33,556 nt of DNA, from assembly GCA_902797495.1 (NCBI GenBank), contig CADBTH010000005.1:1-33556 (forward strand), in the 5' to 3' direction. A program made the position numbers and the translations under genes. Each line of letters begins with the position of its first letter. Positions within the stretch are counted from its first letter, which is position 1. Below, in pieces: positions 1-8,301 of the stretch. This stretch comes from an uncultured Ruminococcus sp. Lineage in GTDB: Bacteria > Bacillota > Clostridia > Oscillospirales > CAG-272. The notes beneath the pieces were generated by a model that worked only from the letters and a program-made list of their open reading frames with translations, ran no database searches and was not told the DNA's origin.

Positions 1-60
1 GTCGTAGATACCGGCGGACGTGTTGACAAGTTCAACAAGCGTCTGCAGCGTGCAAAATAA
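1..60 (+). CDS. rpmE: 3' end of the 50S ribosomal protein L31 gene (partial, enters from upstream)
   Basis: Frame 1 reads VVDTGGRVDKFNKRLQRAK* and ends at TAA 58-60. The TGGRVD+FNKR motif is the conserved L31 C-terminus. Only 19 codons are visible. Confidence 0.6.
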   Translation, partial: VVDTGGRVDKFNKRLQRAK

Positions 61-71
61 CTTGGTTTATT

Positions 72-104
72 CCGGATAAGAGCTTCGACTCTTATCCGGT
101 TTTC
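72..104 (+). terminator. Rho-independent terminator after rpmE
   Basis: Perfect 11-bp stem: ccggataagag (72-82) pairs with ctcttatccgg (89-99). The loop is 6 nt and is followed by TTTT. Confidence 0.75.
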
Positions 105-132
105 CATTTTAAGATTATGAAATGAGGTGCAA

Positions 133-1518
133 ATGGCAGAAGATTTTCTGAACGATGAATTAGAAGCCGTTTTATATACGGAAGAAAACGAAGTAACAAA
201 CGCGTCAAATACAATTGAAGCCGACGCGGAAAAGCGCGCGATTCTCGTTTCATCGTATTCATCTCCTGACGCGGTTGAAGCTATGATCAGCCTCGACGAG
301 CTGAAGCAGCTCCTTGAGACCGCGGACGGCACGGTCGCAGGTGTTCTCACTCAGACAAGAGATAAGCCTGACGGAAGGACTTTCATCGGTAAAGGAAAGA
401 TGGAAGAACTCTCCGATATGATAAAAGCAACGGGCGCTGAGCTTGTGATCTTTGACACAGAGCTCTCTCCAATGCAGATCAAGATAATAGAAGACGAGCT
501 TAAAGGAGAAGTTTCCGTCATTGACAGGAGTATGCTTATCCTCGATATTTTTGCCTCTCACGCTACCAGCGCCGAAGGCCGTCTCCAGGTAGAACTTGCT
601 CAGCTCAAATATACCGCTCCGAGGCTTATGGGTAAGGGCAAGCAGATGTCCAGGCTCGGAGGCGGAGTCGGTACAAGGGGTCCCGGCGAATCTAAGCTTG
701 AGATCGACAGAAGACGGTTAAAGACGAGGATAAGGAGCCTCGAAGAAGAGATCCGCCGCCTTGAATCCGTCAGACGAACTCAAAGACGTTCGAGGGAGCG
801 CGGAGGTATAGACTGCTGCGCGGTAGTAGGTTACACGAACGCCGGCAAATCAACGCTCCTGAATCTTCTTACTGATTCTGATATTCTTTCGGAGGACAAG
901 CTTTTCGCAACTCTTGATCCGACTACGAGACAGTATACTTTGCCATCCGGGCGACGCGTCCTTCTGACGGATACCGTCGGATTTATAAGACGTCTCCCGC
1001 ATCATCTGATATCTGCGTTCAAAAGCACGCTCGACGAAGCGGTCTTCGCAGACGTTCTGATAATCGTTTGCGACGCGTCGGACGAGAATCTTGCGTCTCA
1101 GATGAAGGTCACACGCGATACGCTGAACGAACTCGGGGCTACAGGTAAGCCCACGCTTATAGTATTCAACAAATGCGACGCCGTAGCCGACGAAAACGTT
1201 CTTATGACTCTTCGCGGTCTGTCGTCGGGAGCCGACGAGAAATGCGTTTTCATATCCGCACTTAAAGGCGAAGGAATTGAAGAACTGGCAAAGAGTCTTG
1301 AAGAACTTTTGTCCGGTGGAAAGAAAAGGATCAATATCACCGTTCCGCTCTCGGAGAGCGCTGTCGTTTCGACCGTTTACAGATGTTGTGAAGACGTAAA
1401 CGCCGAGTACGGCGACGAGTTCATAAAAATCAGTGCTATCGCAGATGAAAAAAGCGCGGGACAACTGAAAAAGTATATTGACGATTACGACCTTCTTTTC
1501 GGAAAAGAAGAGTTTTGA
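133..1518 (+). CDS. hflX: GTPase HflX
   Basis: GTPase motifs are G1 GYTNAGKSTLLN, G3 DTVGF and G4 NKCD. The HflX-type N-terminal domain and coiled linker (LEIDRRRLKTRIRSLEEEIRRLE) are present. ATG 133 follows GAGGTG; the ORF track starts it at GTG 127. Confidence 0.9.
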   Translation: MAEDFLNDELEAVLYTEENEVTNASNTIEADAEKRAILVSSYSSPDAVEAMISLDELKQLLETADGTVAGVLTQTRDKPDGRTFIGKGKMEELSDMIKATGAELVIFDTELSPMQIKIIEDELKGEVSVIDRSMLILDIFASHATSAEGRLQVELAQLKYTAPRLMGKGKQMSRLGGGVGTRGPGESKLEIDRRRLKTRIRSLEEEIRRLESVRRTQRRSRERGGIDCCAVVGYTNAGKSTLLNLLTDSDILSEDKLFATLDPTTRQYTLPSGRRVLLTDTVGFIRRLPHHLISAFKSTLDEAVFADVLIIVCDASDENLASQMKVTRDTLNELGATGKPTLIVFNKCDAVADENVLMTLRGLSSGADEKCVFISALKGEGIEELAKSLEELLSGGKKRINITVPLSESAVVSTVYRCCEDVNAEYGDEFIKISAIADEKSAGQLKKYIDDYDLLFGKEEF

Positions 1519-1532
1519 CCGGAGAATACCCG

Positions 1533-2165
1533 ATGGATGAGAATAAAAAAAGGATTACAGTAAAAGGCGCTGCAAGAGCGGAGATCGAGGAGAAAAAATC
1601 CATCTTTATCGGCTCCGTGTCTCCCGTAACCGACGAGGCTGGAGCGAGGGCTTTTATTGAAAAGATCAAAAAGGAGTTCTACGACGCGAGGCACAACGTA
1701 TACGCTTACGTACTCGACGGCGGTATGATCTCCCGTTTCACCGATGACGGCGAGCCTAAGGGAAGCGCAGGAATCCCCGTTCTGAACGTACTGAAAATGT
1801 CCGGCGTCGACGGCGTCTGCGTAGTCGTGACGAGATACTTCGGCGGAATACTTCTCGGAACAGGCGGACTTGTCCGCGCATATTCTGCCGCCGCGAAGGC
1901 CGCGCTTGACGAAGCGGGGCTTTCCGTAATGGCGGAGTATACGCTGTGCGGTATTAAATGTTCTTACTCCGATTACCAAAAGATCGCGGCAAAGATAGCG
2001 TCAGTCGGCGCGATCGTTGAAGGGGCGGAGTTTAAGACGGACGTTTTGATCACGGTTTCATGCTTATCGTCTCATTTCCCATTGCTGAACGATCTTGTCG
2101 TTCAGATAACGAACGGGAAGTGCCAAGCATACGTGATCAGAACCGAAGAAAGACCTGAGCGGTGA
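1533..2165 (+). CDS. yigZ: IMPACT/YigZ family protein (UPF0029)
   Basis: Family motifs KSIFIG, DDGEPKGSAG.P.L and VVVTRYFGGILLGTGGLVRAY are present. ATG 1533 sits 5 nt after GGAG (1524-1527). An alternative TTG at 1515 overlaps the hflX stop. Confidence 0.8.
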   Translation: MDENKKRITVKGAARAEIEEKKSIFIGSVSPVTDEAGARAFIEKIKKEFYDARHNVYAYVLDGGMISRFTDDGEPKGSAGIPVLNVLKMSGVDGVCVVVTRYFGGILLGTGGLVRAYSAAAKAALDEAGLSVMAEYTLCGIKCSYSDYQKIAAKIASVGAIVEGAEFKTDVLITVSCLSSHFPLLNDLVVQITNGKCQAYVIRTEERPER

Positions 2166-2277
2166 CTCTTAAATATTTTTCAGGTCAAATCAATATTGAA
2201 AAAAGTCATTTTTGTGATTTTTGCGTATTTTATTATTACGTAAAACACGAAATGGCTTTTTATTTTCCGGAGGGAAT

Positions 2278-3288
2278 ATGACTGTAAGCGAAATGTTCTG
2301 CGAGCGCGAAAAGAAGTTCTTGTCTCCTTACGCGTTCCTGACTTCAAATACGCGAGGGAGAGATTTCCCGTATGAGCCGTGTCCCAACAGAACTGAGTTC
2401 CAGCGGGACCGCGATAAGATCATACATTCTAAGGCTTTCAGAAGACTTATGCACAAGACGCAGGTCTTTTTGTTCCCCGTAGACGAGCATTACAGAACGA
2501 GAATGACTCATACTCTTGAGGTCGCTCAGATAGCTCGCATCATCTGCCGCGCGCTGAATCTGAACGAAGACCTCTGCGAAGCCGCAGCTCTCGGTCACGA
2601 TCTCGGACACACTCCGTTCGGTCACGCCGGTGAGCTCGTTATGCAGGAGTGCTTCGATCCCGAGTTCACCCATTATAAACAGAGTCTGAGAGTCGTCGAA
2701 AAGCTTGAGAACGACGGTAAAGGCCTGAACCTCACTTGGGAAGTCAGAGACGGGATCGTCAATCACTCGGGCGACAATATGGCGTCGACTCTTGAGGGTG
2801 TTATTCTGAAATTCGCCGACCGTATCGCTTACATAAACCATGACATCGACGACGCCTGCAGAGCGGGAATTATGGTTATAGAAGACATTCCGAAGGATAT
2901 TAGGAAGATCCTCGGAGACCGTCACGGTCAGAGGATCAATACCATGGTCTCGTCCGTAATTGAAGCCAGCACAGGAAAACCCGTGATATCTATGACGCCG
3001 GAGATAGGGGAAGCTACGAACAAGCTCAGAGATTTTCTGTTCGACGCGGTATACAGAAACCCCGTTGCAAAATCCGAAGAGTCAAAAGCTCGGGAAATGC
3101 TCGCCATTCTGTACAACCACTTTGTAAAGCATCCCGAAGAGATACCTCATCCGTATTCTATGTTTATTGAAACCGACTCGGTCGAAAGATGCGCGTGCGA
3201 CTATATATCGAGCCTTACCGACAGATCGGCCATCGATACTTATAAAAATCTGTTTATTCCTTCGGTTTGGAGAACTCCGCAGAACTGA
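2278..3288 (+). CDS. dgt: dGTP triphosphohydrolase-like HD-domain phosphohydrolase
   Basis: FQRDRDKIIHSKAFRRL, HTLEVAQIAR and GHDLGHTPFGH form the HD signature. ATG 2278 follows GGAGGGAAT. The ORF-track start at 2221 has no RBS. Confidence 0.85.
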   Translation: MTVSEMFCEREKKFLSPYAFLTSNTRGRDFPYEPCPNRTEFQRDRDKIIHSKAFRRLMHKTQVFLFPVDEHYRTRMTHTLEVAQIARIICRALNLNEDLCEAAALGHDLGHTPFGHAGELVMQECFDPEFTHYKQSLRVVEKLENDGKGLNLTWEVRDGIVNHSGDNMASTLEGVILKFADRIAYINHDIDDACRAGIMVIEDIPKDIRKILGDRHGQRINTMVSSVIEASTGKPVISMTPEIGEATNKLRDFLFDAVYRNPVAKSEESKAREMLAILYNHFVKHPEEIPHPYSMFIETDSVERCACDYISSLTDRSAIDTYKNLFIPSVWRTPQN

Positions 3289-3364
3289 CGCGTCAGTTCC
3301 GGTACGTTAGTTGTTTCATAATTAATTCGACCGTCAGAATACGGTCGGGAAAGGAGCGCGCGTA

Positions 3365-5137
3365 ATGGCGAGAATACCGCAGAATATAATAGAAGATATC
3401 AAGTACCGAAACCCGATAGAAGACGTCGTCACACAATATGTTACGCTTTCTAAAGCGGGATCGAACCTCAAAGGTCTTTGTCCTTTTCACAGTGAAAAAA
3501 CTCCCTCATTTACGGTTTATCCCGCATCTTCAAGTTTCTACTGTTACGGATGCGGAGCAGGCGGAGATACTGTAAGCTTTATAATGAAAGCAGAGAACCT
3601 CGACTATCCGTCAGCGGTCGAGTTTCTCGCGAAAAGGGCAGGAATAACTATTCCGCAGGCGAATGACGAGCCCTATTATAAAAAAGGCGTATCACGTTCG
3701 CGCGTACTCGAAATGAACGTATGTGCCGCGCGTTTCTTCCGCAATATGCTTTTCGACGAGCGCGTCGGCGCTCCCGCAAGAGCGTATCTTGCCAACAGAC
3801 GGCTTGAACTTCCGATAATCAAACGGTTTGGCATAGGATTTGCCCCCGATTCTTTCAATCTGTTGAGGGATCACTTGAAGCTTCACGGATTCACCGAGGA
3901 AGAGATGATTGAAGCGTCTCTGTGCAGAAAGAGCGAGAAGACGAACGGAGCTTACGACTTTTTCAGGAACAGAGTGATGTTCCCCCTGATAGATACCGCC
4001 GGGAACATCGTCGCCTTTGGAGGGCGGTCTCTTGAAGAGAAGCCGATGCAGAAGTATATGAACTCTACCGACACTCCGGCATTCAATAAGAGAAAAACGC
4101 TCTTTGCCATGAATTTTGCAAAGAACAACTGCTCTGACGGGCTGATCCTTGTTGAAGGCAACGTCGACGTTGTAACTATGCATCAGGCGGGATTTGAGAA
4201 TACCGTCGCGACCCTCGGCACTTCGATCACCGAAGATCACGCGAGAGCGATCAGAAAGTATACCGACAGAGTCATCATCGCTTATGACGGCGACGAGGCG
4301 GGTCAGCGAGCCACCGAGAAAGCGGTCGGCAAGCTCGACGAGGTCGGAGTCGAGTGCAGGGTAATTAAACTCGAAGGCGCGAAAGACCCTGACGAATACA
4401 TAGTAAAGTACGGAAAAGAAGCGTTCAGAGAGCTGATAGACAGAAGCGGAAGTAAATTCGATTTTCTTATCGGTAAAGTCAGTTCGAAGTACGACCTGAA
4501 CAACGAAGAAGATAAAGTCAAGGCGGCAAAAGAGCTTGCCGCGGCGTCGTCAGAACTTGCCTCGAGCGTTGAAAAAGATATTTTCAACGCAAAGGTGTGC
4601 GAGCGGCTCGGTATCAACAAGACGAGCTTCGAGTCGGACGTAGCGTCGCTCGTAAGACGGAAAAATGCAAGAGAAAAAAAGAAAAGGCGCGACGATCTTC
4701 TTCGGGATTCATCCGGCATATCCGATCGCGTGAACCGCGATTTTGCAAAGCATCCAAGAGCTGCAAAGCTTGAAGAAACAGTATTGGGGATCATGCTTTG
4801 CTGCCCCGAGTATATTGAAAAAGTACGGAAATCGGGATCGTTATCGGAAGACGATTTCGTTACCGAATTCGGAAAACGCCTCTTCGGCGCGATGATGGGA
4901 ACCGGAGAAGGCGAAACGTTTGATTTTACAAGATTGAACGAGTCGATGTCGCAGGACGAAGTGTCAAGAGCTCAAAAACTGTTCGTCGAGAGATCGCATC
5001 TTTCGAATTCAGACGCGGTCTTCAATGAGAACTGCACCGCTTTGAAAAACGAAGTCCGCAGGATAAATTCGAAAGAGTCACCGTCCGACAACGACGACAT
5101 TATCGAGAAGATCAGGCGCAGAAGAAATGAAGAATAA
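3365..5137 (+). CDS. dnaG: DNA primase
   Basis: Zinc-ribbon [11 protein letters not shown]...CYGCGAGGD and TOPRIM motifs [13 protein letters not shown] and [11 protein letters not shown] are present. RBS AAAGGAG precedes the start. The position upstream of a sigma gene matches the macromolecular-synthesis operon. Confidence 0.95.
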   Translation: MARIPQNIIEDIKYRNPIEDVVTQYVTLSKAGSNLKGLCPFHSEKTPSFTVYPASSSFYCYGCGAGGDTVSFIMKAENLDYPSAVEFLAKRAGITIPQANDEPYYKKGVSRSRVLEMNVCAARFFRNMLFDERVGAPARAYLANRRLELPIIKRFGIGFAPDSFNLLRDHLKLHGFTEEEMIEASLCRKSEKTNGAYDFFRNRVMFPLIDTAGNIVAFGGRSLEEKPMQKYMNSTDTPAFNKRKTLFAMNFAKNNCSDGLILVEGNVDVVTMHQAGFENTVATLGTSITEDHARAIRKYTDRVIIAYDGDEAGQRATEKAVGKLDEVGVECRVIKLEGAKDPDEYIVKYGKEAFRELIDRSGSKFDFLIGKVSSKYDLNNEEDKVKAAKELAAASSELASSVEKDIFNAKVCERLGINKTSFESDVASLVRRKNAREKKKRRDDLLRDSSGISDRVNRDFAKHPRAAKLEETVLGIMLCCPEYIEKVRKSGSLSEDDFVTEFGKRLFGAMMGTGEGETFDFTRLNESMSQDEVSRAQKLFVERSHLSNSDAVFNENCTALKNEVRRINSKESPSDNDDIIEKIRRRRNEE

Positions 5138-5175
5138 TTTTTAGTTTAATACACGCACGTGTGAAAGGAATCGAC

Positions 5176-5967
5176 ATGGCATCTAAGAAAACCGAAAAAG
5201 AACAGGTAACAGAAAAAGAGCAGAAGTCCGTTTCCAAGAAGAAAGCCGCAGCTGCAAAACCCTCTGAAAAGCCTGCAAAGGCGTCAACCGCGAAAAAGAA
5301 AAAAGAAGCGGAAAAGACGGAGCTTCCCGCAAAGAAAACGGTTAAGAAAAAAGCAGCGCCGGAGAAAGCGACCAAAGCAGCTGAAGCTTCTGAAATAACC
5401 GAAAAGAAGACGACTCCGGCAAAAGCCGAAAAGAAGACCGTTCCCGCGAAACCCGCTAAGAAGACTGAGCCGGCTAAAACCGAAAAAAAGACCGCTGACA
5501 CAAAAAAGACCGCGGCAAAAGATAAGGGAGAAGCTAAGGCAAAGGAAGCGGCGTCTTCCGCTAAGAGCAAAAAGTCGAAGACCGAAAATGGCGACGTAAA
5601 AGAAGCTGAGGTCGAAAAGGTCGAAAAAAAGACAAAAAAAGCTCCAGCAAAAAAAACTGTTGCGCCAAAGAAAACTGTTGAGAAAAAGGCTCCGGCAAAA
5701 GCGACAAAGGCTAATAAGGCTGAAAAAACAGCCGACGTAAAACCGGAAAAGGCCGCCGATGAAGCAAAGCCCGCTAAAACCGACAAAAAGTCCACTGAAA
5801 AGCCGAAGACAAAGATAAAAGAAAAAGCGGCAGAACCTAAAGATGCAGTTGAGGCGAAGGAAGAGATCGCGGCAGTTCCCGAGCAGATATCTGAAGCGAG
5901 CGAGGAGCCGTCTGAAATCACTGCAAAAGGCTCAAAATCCAAGAAGGCCGCGCCGAATGCCGCTAAA
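5176..5967 (+). other. Lys-rich low-complexity repeat region (N-terminal extension of the sigma paralogue)
   Basis: The translation is dominated by reiterated KKT.PAK / EKK..PAK / AKK units, e.g. [42 protein letters not shown]. It ends where the acidic region-1.1-like sequence [22 protein letters not shown] begins. Confidence 0.8.
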
Positions 5968-7032
5968 AATCCCGAACTTGAAGAACTTATAGCTCGCGGC
6001 AAGGAACAGGGGTATATTACTTACGACGATATCCGCATAACGTACAAGGCTCCCGATATGTCCGTTGATAATCTCATTAAAGTCAGCGTATGGCTCGAAG
6101 AAGAGGGGATCGACGTAATTGACTATATCACTCCCGACGAGATAGACGAGATCGAGTCTGACGACCAGGAAGAGGGAGTCGACGACATCGACAGAATACT
6201 TACAACCGAGGACGTTTCGACCGAGGACCCTGTAAGGATCTATCTGAAGGAAATAGGCAAGATACCGCTTATCGACGGCGACAGTGAAGTTGAGCTCGCA
6301 AAGAGGATCGTTGAAGGAGACGAAGAAGCGAAAAACAAACTCGTCGAAGCAAACCTCAGGCTTGCGGTCAATATCGCAAAGCGTTACATAGGAAAAGGAC
6401 TTCCTTTCCTCGATCTTATCCAGGAAGGAAACATAGGCCTTCTGAAAGCGGTCGAAAAATTTGACCACACGATGGGATACAAGTTTTCGACGTATGCTAC
6501 CTGCTGGATAAAGCAGTCTATCAACAGAGCAATCGCAGACCAGGGAAGAACCATCAGGATCCCCGTTCATATGGTCGAAACTTATAACAAAGTGACGAGA
6601 TGTTCAAGGCAGATGCTTCAGGAACTCGGACGCGAGCCTACGACGGAAGAACTCGCGGAGAGACTCGGAATGGAGCCTTGGAGAGTCGTCAACATACAGA
6701 GAGTCACTCAGACTCCGATCTCTCTCGAATCTCCTATCGGAGAAGAAGAGGACAGCCACCTCGGAGATTTCATTCCCGATTCCGAAACTCCGTCTCCGGA
6801 AGACGAAGCTTATAAGTCCCTTCTTAAAGAAGAGCTGAGCAACGCGCTTCATGCACTCAGCCCCAGAGAAGAGCACGTTCTGAAGCTCCGCTACGGACTT
6901 CTCGACGGAAAGACTTACACGCTTGAAGAGATCGGTCAGCAGCTCAAGATCACGCGTGAAAGGATCCGTCAGATCGAAAAGAAAGCTCTCAGAAAACTAT
7001 TCGTAAAATATTCAAAACTCAGGAACATGTGA
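5176..7032 (+). CDS. Divergent sigma-70 (group 1-like) paralogue with a long basic N-terminal extension
   Basis: Regions 1.2-4.2 are recognisable: [55 protein letters not shown] and [20 protein letters not shown] 5176 follows GAAAGGA, 38 nt after the dnaG stop. Residues 1-264 are low-complexity and K/A/P/E/T-rich. Confidence 0.85.
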   Translation: MASKKTEKEQVTEKEQKSVSKKKAAAAKPSEKPAKASTAKKKKEAEKTELPAKKTVKKKAAPEKATKAAEASEITEKKTTPAKAEKKTVPAKPAKKTEPAKTEKKTADTKKTAAKDKGEAKAKEAASSAKSKKSKTENGDVKEAEVEKVEKKTKKAPAKKTVAPKKTVEKKAPAKATKANKAEKTADVKPEKAADEAKPAKTDKKSTEKPKTKIKEKAAEPKDAVEAKEEIAAVPEQISEASEEPSEITAKGSKSKKAAPNAAKNPELEELIARGKEQGYITYDDIRITYKAPDMSVDNLIKVSVWLEEEGIDVIDYITPDEIDEIESDDQEEGVDDIDRILTTEDVSTEDPVRIYLKEIGKIPLIDGDSEVELAKRIVEGDEEAKNKLVEANLRLAVNIAKRYIGKGLPFLDLIQEGNIGLLKAVEKFDHTMGYKFSTYATCWIKQSINRAIADQGRTIRIPVHMVETYNKVTRCSRQMLQELGREPTTEELAERLGMEPWRVVNIQRVTQTPISLESPIGEEEDSHLGDFIPDSETPSPEDEAYKSLLKEELSNALHALSPREEHVLKLRYGLLDGKTYTLEEIGQQLKITRERIRQIEKKALRKLFVKYSKLRNM

Positions 7033-7081
7033 TGCGTGATTGCCCTGCATGAGCGCAGACGTCCGAAAGGATTTCTTATCA

Positions 7082-8173
7082 ATGGAAGAAGAAAAACTCG
7101 AACTATTGAAAAAGCTTGAAGAAAAAGGCGCTCAGAAGGGATCGCTCTCGGGTCAGGAGATCGCGAACGCGCTCGAGAGCGTCGACGTCGACCTCGATCA
7201 GATCGAGAAGTTTTACGAGGATCTGGAAGAACGCGGCATCACCGTCATCAACGGTGACGACGACGAAGTGCGCAGCTTTGAAGAGGACGCCGTTAAACTG
7301 ACGACAGCGGAAGTAATGGAAGACGCGCTGAAAAAAGAGGGGTTTTCCATCGACGACCCCGTAAGGATGTACCTCAAGGAGATAGGTAAAATTCCTCTGC
7401 TTACTCCCGAAGAGGAGACGTATTATGCGGAAAAGATGTCGGAGGGCGACGAGGACGCGAAAAACAGAATAGTTGAAGCTAATCTTCGTCTTGTGGTAAG
7501 TATTGCGAAGCGGTATTCGGGAAGGGGAATGTTTTTCCTTGATCTGATACAGGAAGGCAATATGGGACTTATCAAAGCGGTTGAGAAGTACGACTATTCA
7601 AAGGGATACAAGATCTCAACTTACGCTACGTGGTGGATCAAGCAAGCCATAACCAGAGCTATCGCCGATCAAGCGAGAACGATACGCATTCCCGTTCACA
7701 TGGTTGAGACGATCCACAGATATTCAAAGATATCGAGACAGCTTCTTCAGGAAAAAGGCAGGGAAGCGACGCCGGAAGAGATAGCCGAGATCGCTCACAC
7801 GACCCCGGAGAGAGTACGCGAGATTATGAAGATCGCGCAGGAGCCGGTCTCCCTTGAGACGCCTGTAGGCGAAGAGGAGGACAGTCACCTCGGCGACTTC
7901 ATCCCCGACGAAGAGACTCCTGCGCCCGCAGACGCCGCGTCGTACGCGCTGCTGAGAGAACAGCTATCTGAGGTGCTTCACACGCTCTCTCCGAGAGAGG
8001 AACACGTTCTTGAACTGCGGTACGGACTTCTCGACGGTCACCCGAGAACTCTCGAGGAGGTCGGAAAAGAGTTCGATATCACAAGAGAGCGTATAAGACA
8101 GATTGAAGCGAAGGCTCTCAGAAAGCTCAGACATCCGAGCAGATCAAAAAAACTGAAGGACTTCCTCGATTGA
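7082..8173 (+). CDS. sigA: Primary (housekeeping) RNA polymerase sigma factor SigA/RpoD
   Basis: Motifs are canonical throughout: [38 protein letters not shown] and [33 protein letters not shown] 7082 lies downstream of GAAAGGA. The ORF-track start at TTG 7040 is less likely. Confidence 0.9.
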   Translation: MEEEKLELLKKLEEKGAQKGSLSGQEIANALESVDVDLDQIEKFYEDLEERGITVINGDDDEVRSFEEDAVKLTTAEVMEDALKKEGFSIDDPVRMYLKEIGKIPLLTPEEETYYAEKMSEGDEDAKNRIVEANLRLVVSIAKRYSGRGMFFLDLIQEGNMGLIKAVEKYDYSKGYKISTYATWWIKQAITRAIADQARTIRIPVHMVETIHRYSKISRQLLQEKGREATPEEIAEIAHTTPERVREIMKIAQEPVSLETPVGEEEDSHLGDFIPDEETPAPADAASYALLREQLSEVLHTLSPREEHVLELRYGLLDGHPRTLEEVGKEFDITRERIRQIEAKALRKLRHPSRSKKLKDFLD

Positions 8174-8223
8174 CATTATCCCCCTTTTTTCGATTAAGTT
8201 CAATTATATTTTAATATTTATAC

Positions 8224-8252
8224 TTGACAAGGACATTTGAATCTTTTATACT
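8224..8252 (+). promoter_or_regulatory. Putative sigma-A promoter of the lipoprotein gene
   Basis: TTGACA (8224-8229), a 17-nt spacer, then TATACT (8247-8252), about 50 nt upstream of ATG 8302. Confidence 0.5.
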
Positions 8253-8301
8253 TAAAATGTATGTCATGTGATTGTTTTTCATTCCCCAAGGAGGATCAGC
8301 A

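Noticed and set aside
5112-6002. 296-aa minus-strand ORF (Phe/Ala/Ser-rich) opposite the start of the sigma paralogue
   Set aside because: It is the mirror image of the AAG/GAA/GCN-rich Lys-repeat region, so stops are absent for compositional reasons. It has no RBS, would overlap the dnaG end and the sigma start, and its low-complexity FA(S)-rich product is implausible.
5176-8173. Tandem sigma genes as an assembly duplication artefact
   Set aside because: The two copies differ at roughly a third of aligned residues and throughout at nucleotide level. Their N- and C-termini are different, so they are genuine paralogues rather than a collapsed or duplicated repeat.
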